Source: Methanothrix harundinacea (GTDB lineage: Archaea; Halobacteriota; Methanosarcinia; Methanotrichales; Methanotrichaceae). From it: DNA of 64,000 nt. Where the stretch lies: assembly GCA_001509375.1 (NCBI GenBank), contig LGFT01000007.1:5122-69121 (forward strand), read 5' to 3'. Below are positions 58,181 through 64,000 of the stretch, in pieces. The position numbers and the translations under genes were made by a program. A model generated the notes under the pieces. That model did no database searches. It saw only the letters and a program-made list of their open reading frames with translations, and was not told the origin of the DNA. Positions within the stretch are counted from its first letter, which is position 1. Every line of letters starts with the position of its first letter.

Positions 58181-60223
58181 ATGAAGAGCATTTTCCGGCG
58201 ATCAGCCCCGGGGCTGATCTACGCAACTTTTGTTTTTTTGATGATGGCGACGGCGGGGTACTCTCAGATGGATCCCAACGAGCCGAACAGCGAGCTTGGA
58301 AACGCCACCCGGATCAGCTTAGGCGGTTCCGTGGCGGGGACTATAGAACCGGCGGGGGACGTGGACTTCTTCGGCTTTGAGATCGCAAGCCCAGGGATCC
58401 TGGAGGTGAAATTGAATTCGGTTCCCGATGAGATGAGGGCAAGGATCGACCTCTATGGCAAGAACTTCAACTTCATCACGAGGAGAGACGCCTCAAACCC
58501 CGGAGACCTGGTGACCCTCACCCTCGATCTGGCGAGCCCGGCCCTGTACTACATCGGGATCGTAGACCTGGCGAGGAAGTCCCACGATGCCGGGTACACC
58601 TTCGATCTCGGCTTTGATCCCCTCGTAGACGTAAACGAGCCGAACGGCGAGGCTGGGGACGCGAAGCCCATCGAGATTGGCAATCTCGTAGAGGGATACA
58701 TCTTCCCGAAGGGGGACTTGGACATATACAAGCTCTATGCAAACGGCTCCGGGATCCTGGAGGTGAAGGCCGAGTCAGTACCGGAGAATATGAGGACAAG
58801 GATCGACCTCTACGGCAAAAACTTCAACTTCATCACCAGGGTCGACGCATCGAACCCCGGAGACCTAGTGACTCTGAAGCACGACGTGGTCAATCATGGA
58901 TGGTATCCGGAATGGTACTACATCGGGATCGTAGACCTCTCGGGAGGCTCCTACAACGTCCCATACGCCTTCAAAGCGGACTTTGAGCCGGTGATCGACG
59001 AGAACGAGCCGAACGGCGAGATCGGGAACGCTGTGGGCATCGACCTCGGCGATCAAATAGAGGGATACATCTTTTCCAAGGGGGACGTAGACTTCTTCAA
59101 GATCGAGGCGCCGAGCCCTGGAATTTTGGAGGTGAAGACGGTATCCGTCCCTGATGAGATGAGGACGAGGATCGACCTCTACGGCAAGAGCTTCAATTTC
59201 ATCACCAGGAAAGACGCCTCAAACCCCGGAGACAAGACGACCCTGAGTTTTGACGTAAAGAACCCGGGGGTATATCACATCGGGATCGTCGACCTGGCGG
59301 GCAACTCCCTTAATGTGCCTTACACATTTGAGACCTCCTTCGAGGGGGTTACAGATGGAAACGAGCCGAACAGCGAGATAGGGGACGCCGCCCCCATCAG
59401 CCCCGGCGAGGCTGTCGGAGGGGTCATCTTCCCGGCGGGGGTGGTGGACTTCTACAAGATATGGGCGGACGGCCCCGGGGACCTGGAGGTGAAGCTCGAA
59501 TCTCTCCCCGAAGATATGAGGGCTAGGATCGACCTCTACGGCAAGAACTTCAACTTCATCACGAGAGCCGACGCCACAAACCCCGGAGACCTGGCGACCC
59601 TCAAATATGAGGCTCCAGGTCCCGGCTGGTATTACATCGGAGTCAGCGACCTGGCGGGCAAGTCCCACAGCATCGGCTACACCTTCCGGGCCGTCGGCGA
59701 GGGGCTTGGGGCGAGCGGTTCCGGTCCGACAGAGGACGGTGTCGACGGGACGAAGGCGGGAGAGGTAAAAGACGTTCCTGATGGTACAGCCGGAGGGACG
59801 ATGGCGTCGTATCAAGAGGCTACCATCACCCATTCGGGATTTGATTTCTCCGAGGGCGCCACCGGCGAATACCCCACCTTTGATGGGGAGATAATAGAGT
59901 GGCAGCCCAGCGCCGAGGATCACCCCGATTATCCTCGGGATAGCGGGTACCTCTGGTGGAGGAACACTCATCTGGACAATGTGAACTTCTCGAGCCAGAC
60001 CAAGGATATGGGCGCGGTCGATATCGCTACAGTGCGAAATGTTCCTGCAGAATGGGACAGATCACCCCTGATACCACCACTTCTGTTGGGGCATACGGTC
60101 GTCGCCAAGTGCCATGACGGATACGTCAAGTTCCATGTGATATCGGTGGACTCTAACAACTGGTCTGCTGTGGTCAGGTATTCCTACTCCCCTGATGCCG
60201 TCTTCGACGACCTCGCAAGCTGA
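58181..60223 (+). CDS. Secreted protein with four PPC (pre-peptidase C-terminal)-like repeats plus an unrecognised ~170-aa C-terminal domain
   Basis: A 680-aa ORF with a signal peptide. Four ~120-aa repeats carry NEPN.E.G.A..I..G..v.G.I...GDVDF[FY]K..., G.LEVK, RIDLYGKNFNFITR.DASNPGD and YYIGIVDL. Confidence 0.65.
   Translation: MKSIFRRSAPGLIYATFVFLMMATAGYSQMDPNEPNSELGNATRISLGGSVAGTIEPAGDVDFFGFEIASPGILEVKLNSVPDEMRARIDLYGKNFNFITRRDASNPGDLVTLTLDLASPALYYIGIVDLARKSHDAGYTFDLGFDPLVDVNEPNGEAGDAKPIEIGNLVEGYIFPKGDLDIYKLYANGSGILEVKAESVPENMRTRIDLYGKNFNFITRVDASNPGDLVTLKHDVVNHGWYPEWYYIGIVDLSGGSYNVPYAFKADFEPVIDENEPNGEIGNAVGIDLGDQIEGYIFSKGDVDFFKIEAPSPGILEVKTVSVPDEMRTRIDLYGKSFNFITRKDASNPGDKTTLSFDVKNPGVYHIGIVDLAGNSLNVPYTFETSFEGVTDGNEPNSEIGDAAPISPGEAVGGVIFPAGVVDFYKIWADGPGDLEVKLESLPEDMRARIDLYGKNFNFITRADATNPGDLATLKYEAPGPGWYYIGVSDLAGKSHSIGYTFRAVGEGLGASGSGPTEDGVDGTKAGEVKDVPDGTAGGTMASYQEATITHSGFDFSEGATGEYPTFDGEIIEWQPSAEDHPDYPRDSGYLWWRNTHLDNVNFSSQTKDMGAVDIATVRNVPAEWDRSPLIPPLLLGHTVVAKCHDGYVKFHVISVDSNNWSAVVRYSYSPDAVFDDLAS
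58271..59700 (+). repeat. In-frame coding tandem repeat (4 units, 357-369 nt period)
   Basis: The near-identical core AGGATCGACCTCTA[TC]GGCAA[GA]A[AG]CTTCAA[CT]TTCATCAC starts at 58442, 58799, 59168 and 59525. Confidence 0.9.
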
Positions 60224-60553
60224 GGTTGACAGAGCTTATGGGATAGGAAACCAAAGAAGTTCAAACCCGGCTGATGGACGCCGAGCTGGGGCGGGGGCAG
60301 GCGGGAGGCGTTGGCCTCTCGTCCTCCTTCCGGCCCGGTCCATCCCGCTATTTCTTGGTCCAGCTTCCGGTAATGAGCCTAGATTTTTCGGCTCGGTCTT
60401 TTGCGATCTTTTCGCCGCCGTCGAAAGTGCCCGCTGCCTTCAGAAGGCCGCTGATCGTCTTGGGTGTGGGAAACATTTTCAAGAGGGAGGGAAAACTAAA
60501 AACTGCAGGTTCACCTCGGGCACAGATGAAGCCAAAATCGCAAAATCAGAAGA

Positions 60554-62026
60554 ATGTCAAACGAAGGGGCTTACATGAAAAAGGACGAGATGATGAAAAG
60601 GGCGAGGTTCGAAGAAGAGAGGGAAATCAAAATTCTGTATCTCAAAGGCAGCCCCTACGAGATGGGCTACCAGCACGGCCGTCTTCTGGCGGACAAAATC
60701 GACCTGATGGTGGAGAGGACCCTCCTCGCCACCGGAGCCTACGTCGCCGTCCAGACGAGCTCGGACCTGGAGCTGGCGGAGGAGATGCTCTGGATCGGGC
60801 AGAGGAGGGCAGAGCCTTTTCTTCCCAAGGAGCTCCAGGAGGAGATGGAAGGGATCGCCGACGGCGTCCGGGACGCCGGTGGTAAGGCCACCCTCGAAGA
60901 GATCCTCCTCTGGAATACCAACTACGATCAGTGGTGCATCTACTGCCATCCTCACTACTGGAACTGCGACTGCGACCTCGACGACGGCGGCGGGAGCGGT
61001 GGCGGCGAGGAGGGCGAAACGCCTTCCTTGCCGCCGATGGCGCCTCCAGGAGGCGGGTGCAGCAGCTTCTCCGCCTGGGACGAGGCTGCGGGGGGCGACG
61101 GCGAGCTGATCTTCGGGAAGAACGAGGACAACTTCAACATGCCCGAGCAGCTCGACTGCCGAATGATGGTGGTGGCCGATCCCGACGAGGGCTTCGGCCA
61201 CGTCTTCATGACCTACCCCGGGATGGTCGGCCTCGACGGCGGCGTCAACGAGGAGGGGTTTGAGATGATGACCCAGCTCAGCTCCATGCGCCACGAGTCG
61301 ATGGCAGGGTGTGGGATCGCCGTCTTCACCCGCCTCCTCCTGGCCCACGCGCGGACCGTCGAAGATGCCGTCAGGATTTTCCAGGAACACCCCCGGTGTG
61401 CCGGGATCGCCTACCACGTCGCCGATGCCAAAGCCAGGCAGGCGGCGGTGGTGGAGACCTCCTCGGAGAGGGTCTCTGTCCGCCGTCCCCTGGAGGGGGT
61501 CGAAGCCCTCTGGCAGACGAACCACTCCAACTGCTATCCGGGCTGGATGGGCTATTCGGGGTACAACATGGTGAGAGACCAGGCCCCGGTGAACGAGCTC
61601 GAGGACGTATCCACCGTCGAAAGCTGGCAGAAGAGCCTCAGGGACCCCTATAACTTCTTCGTCCAGGCTCCGAGCAGGTTTGAGAGGTACAGCCAGCTGA
61701 TCCACGAGCACTACGGGAAGATCACCCCCGATGTCGCCATGAAGATCCTCAGCGACCGCTATGACCCATACACCCGGATGACCCGACCTGAGGATTTTCC
61801 CTCCTGGACGAACAACATCCTCTGCACCATCTGCGCCCTCTACCCCGACTTCGCCTACCGGGCGAGGGAGCCCGTCGGGGCCTTCAAGGCCCACATAGCC
61901 AACATGTGGTCCCTCGTCGCCCGGCCCGAGACCGGAGACCTGTGGCTGGCAATCCGGGACTTTCCGGCACAGCGGGGCGGGTACGAGCACTTCAACCTCA
62001 ATGACCTTCTGGGCCTGGGGCGGTGA
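60554..62026 (+). CDS. Peptidase C45 / acyl-CoA:6-APA acyltransferase-like Ntn hydrolase
   Basis: A 490-aa ORF. It has LKGSPYEMGYQHGRLLADKI and the predicted autoprocessing site GGG|CSSFSAW. A downstream Ntn-hydrolase-like core follows (FGKNED..., GMVGLDGGVNEEG). Confidence 0.7.
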   Translation: MSNEGAYMKKDEMMKRARFEEEREIKILYLKGSPYEMGYQHGRLLADKIDLMVERTLLATGAYVAVQTSSDLELAEEMLWIGQRRAEPFLPKELQEEMEGIADGVRDAGGKATLEEILLWNTNYDQWCIYCHPHYWNCDCDLDDGGGSGGGEEGETPSLPPMAPPGGGCSSFSAWDEAAGGDGELIFGKNEDNFNMPEQLDCRMMVVADPDEGFGHVFMTYPGMVGLDGGVNEEGFEMMTQLSSMRHESMAGCGIAVFTRLLLAHARTVEDAVRIFQEHPRCAGIAYHVADAKARQAAVVETSSERVSVRRPLEGVEALWQTNHSNCYPGWMGYSGYNMVRDQAPVNELEDVSTVESWQKSLRDPYNFFVQAPSRFERYSQLIHEHYGKITPDVAMKILSDRYDPYTRMTRPEDFPSWTNNILCTICALYPDFAYRAREPVGAFKAHIANMWSLVARPETGDLWLAIRDFPAQRGGYEHFNLNDLLGLGR

Positions 62027-62108
62027 CCGGGCTCGGCTCGGAGGACCCACACCATCTGTCGCCGTCGAACAAACAGATTTATGACTCTCGAGGGGTAAAC
62101 TTCAAGCC

Positions 62109-63095
62109 ATGAGTGCCCTCCGACTCGAATTCGCATCCCTGTCCTCGACCTTGACCACCATCTTCTCCGTCACCGCCGCGGTAGTCGTCGCCTTGGTCCT
62201 CCTCCTATCGGCCTTTCCGGCGGCGGCCGTCGAACCGATCAAGGAGACCGAGACGATCGGGGATTCTCCCTCCGGGTCCGGGGGAAACGTTACAGCAGGT
62301 GACATAAGGATGTACTACGAGATCCACGGCGAGGGTGAGCCCCTCCTCCTGATCATGGGCCTGGGAGGCCACATCCTCGACTGGGGATGGGTTCTGCCCA
62401 AGAGGCTGGCAGAGGGCCGCTCGGTGATCGTCTTCGACAACCGGGGCGCAGGACGGAGCGACCAGCCTGCCGGACCCTACAGCATCGCAGAGATGGCCAA
62501 CGACACCGTAGGCCTTCTGGACTCCCTGGGAATTGAGCGGGCGGACGTCTTCGGCGTCTCCATGGGAGGGATGATAGCCCAGGAGATGGCCGTCTACCAC
62601 CCAGAACGGATAGGCAGGCTCATCCTGGGAGCCACCAGCCCCGGGGGCGAGGCCCAGGTCCTGGCGCCCCCGGAGGTTCAGGCATACCTGGAGCCGCGGC
62701 CCGACCTGACGCTCCACGAGGCGCTCTGGTGGGGCGCCCCTGCGGGATTTCCCGTGGAATTCATCGACGCTCACCCCGAGGTTGTCGAACGGAAGATCCA
62801 GGCGAACATGGCCTATCCGAGCAGCCTCGAAGCCTACCGGGCGCAGCTTACCGCCTATCGGGCCTTCGCCATCGGCGACCGGATATCCGAGATCTGCGCC
62901 CCGACGCTGGTATTAGCTGGCGACTCCGACATCCTGATCCCGCCAGAGAACGGCCGGATCCTGGCGAATAAGATCCCCGGAGCGGAGTTCCGCACGATCA
63001 AGGAGGCGGGCCACCTGTTCTGGATCAGCCATCCCGGGGAGACCTATTCAGCGGTGGCGGAGTTCCTGGAAGGAAACGAGACGCGAGTTTTGTAA
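62109..63095 (+). CDS. Membrane-anchored or secreted alpha/beta-fold hydrolase
   Basis: A 328-aa ORF with an N-terminal hydrophobic anchor. It has the HG-type oxyanion region (LLIMGLGGH), the nucleophile elbow GVSMGG, and a C-terminal GH (EAGHLFW). Confidence 0.8.
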   Translation: MSALRLEFASLSSTLTTIFSVTAAVVVALVLLLSAFPAAAVEPIKETETIGDSPSGSGGNVTAGDIRMYYEIHGEGEPLLLIMGLGGHILDWGWVLPKRLAEGRSVIVFDNRGAGRSDQPAGPYSIAEMANDTVGLLDSLGIERADVFGVSMGGMIAQEMAVYHPERIGRLILGATSPGGEAQVLAPPEVQAYLEPRPDLTLHEALWWGAPAGFPVEFIDAHPEVVERKIQANMAYPSSLEAYRAQLTAYRAFAIGDRISEICAPTLVLAGDSDILIPPENGRILANKIPGAEFRTIKEAGHLFWISHPGETYSAVAEFLEGNETRVL

Positions 63096-63115
63096 AGGAA
63101 TGTTAGGAAAACGGG

Positions 63116-63443
63116 CTAGGGAACTGAATCTAAAACCCTCAGATCTAGGGCTTTGACGAAAGGCAAGTGGTCGAGAGCGACCCCGGAACAAAGATCAGGC
63201 TTTCCATATCCTCTTCGCCTCGAGGGATCAACCTTTGAGCTCTCGATGCAGCCTCTCAGCTCCCGTTTGAATTTTGCCAGGCTCGCTAAAGGCTTGACCA
63301 CGACCTTTCCGTCTTCAAGCTAATTAAATCACTCTGAAAACGAAGATTTTATGGATACCGCACAGTCTCGCCAGGAAGAACCCCACCCTATAGAGGGCTC
63401 TGATGGCTTCATCGGCGGTGACTCGTGGAAACTTATCCGTCAT
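63116..63443 (-). pseudogene. HicA-like toxin remnant (interrupted)
   Basis: Minus strand 63443..63324 encodes MTDKFPRVTADEAIRALYRVGFFLARLCGIHKIFVFRVI* (HicA/YcfA-like N-terminus with a degenerate GSH motif). A different frame continues EDGKVVVKPL.... The region is AT-richer than its neighbours. Confidence 0.35.
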
Positions 63444-64000
63444 ACGGCCACTTCAAGAGATGTCAGGCTGACAAACTCGACCACAGGAATCAGATTCAGG
63501 TCTGATACCTTAAGAGGATTTCGAAAAATCCAAATGATGGCGGAAGCGTCGCGATCGCGGGCCTTCGGCCCCCTCTCCCGCCGCCTGCGGTTCGAGGGCG
63601 CCCTGAGGTCAATCGGCCGGGCGATCTGCGGCGTGAGTTCCGGGACGGCAGAGATGATGCGCCCGATCAGCGCTGCACGGGAGGGCGGCGAAGCTAACTC
63701 GAGCCAGAAAGTCCGCACGATTAAGATCGAGTTTATAGCGGGAGTGCCCAAGATCCTCCCTCGCGCCCTCGCTGATATTCATCTCGGTGCCGGAAGGCAA
63801 GAAGGACGGGAGACGTAACCGTTCGCCCGAGAAATCGGTGAGATTGAAAGCGAGAACGAGACGAAGTCCCACCAAGGAGGGATTTTGGGGGGGGGGTCAC
63901 TGGGCAGCGAGAGCCGCTGCACAGACCGCCATCGGCCTTAAAATCGGATAATTTTAGACCTTGTGGGCCACTGCAAACCGTTGCATGACCTTGTCGACCA

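Noticed and set aside
58271-59700. Periodic ~360-nt DNA repeats as a possible CRISPR or satellite array
   Set aside because: The periods are multiples of 3 and lie inside one long ORF. The repeats encode a protein domain (PPC-like), and there is no short repeat/spacer architecture.
60557-62050. 497-aa minus-strand ORF nearly co-extensive with the C45 hydrolase gene
   Set aside because: It is an antisense shadow ORF. It has a Gly/Pro/Arg/Val-rich composition and no motifs, whereas the plus-strand product has clear C45 signatures.
63351-63818. 155-aa plus-strand ORF
   Set aside because: Its sequence is Arg/Ser/Gly-rich and non-protein-like. It overlaps the HicA-like remnant on the other strand and sits in a decayed region.
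63954-64000. Possible C-terminal end of a minus-strand gene entering from beyond the window (...VDKVMQRFAVAHKV*)
   Set aside because: Only about 15 codons are visible, and neither frame nor identity can be supported.

Overview
GC-rich chromosomal segment of a methanogenic archaeon. The diagnostic content is a complete mtrEDCBAFGH operon, CDP-archaeol synthase, the archaeal HMG-CoA synthase/thiolase/DUF35 trio, methanogenesis-marker-like genes, an intron-containing tRNA-Gly and gyrB-gyrA, which points to a class II (Methanomicrobia-type) methanogen. I cannot name the species. About 65 genes are supportable and coding density is high. As expected for GC-rich DNA, long antisense shadow ORFs are everywhere and I rejected them. 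From 0 to 48 kb the window is mostly housekeeping and sensing: two large PAS histidine kinases, a GbsR-MATE-MFS efflux unit, an MMPL exporter, an S-layer-like protein and a C25-like surface protein, an MNT/HepT toxin-antitoxin pair, the mtr operon, mevalonate-pathway genes and gyrase. From 49.4 to 63.1 kb the window looks accessory and secretome-heavy, and this is the most interesting part. It holds a tandem array of four divergent paralogous secreted proteins of no family I recognise, directly downstream of an overlapping radical-SAM (SPASM/twitch-type) plus short variant polyprenyl-synthase pair. These are followed by a triple laminin-B-like repeat protein, a 4x PPC-repeat protein, a C45 Ntn-hydrolase and an anchored alpha/beta hydrolase. 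No CRISPR array, rRNA or intact mobile element was seen; a decayed HicA-like remnant sits at the right edge. All family calls are by-eye motif recognition without database searches.
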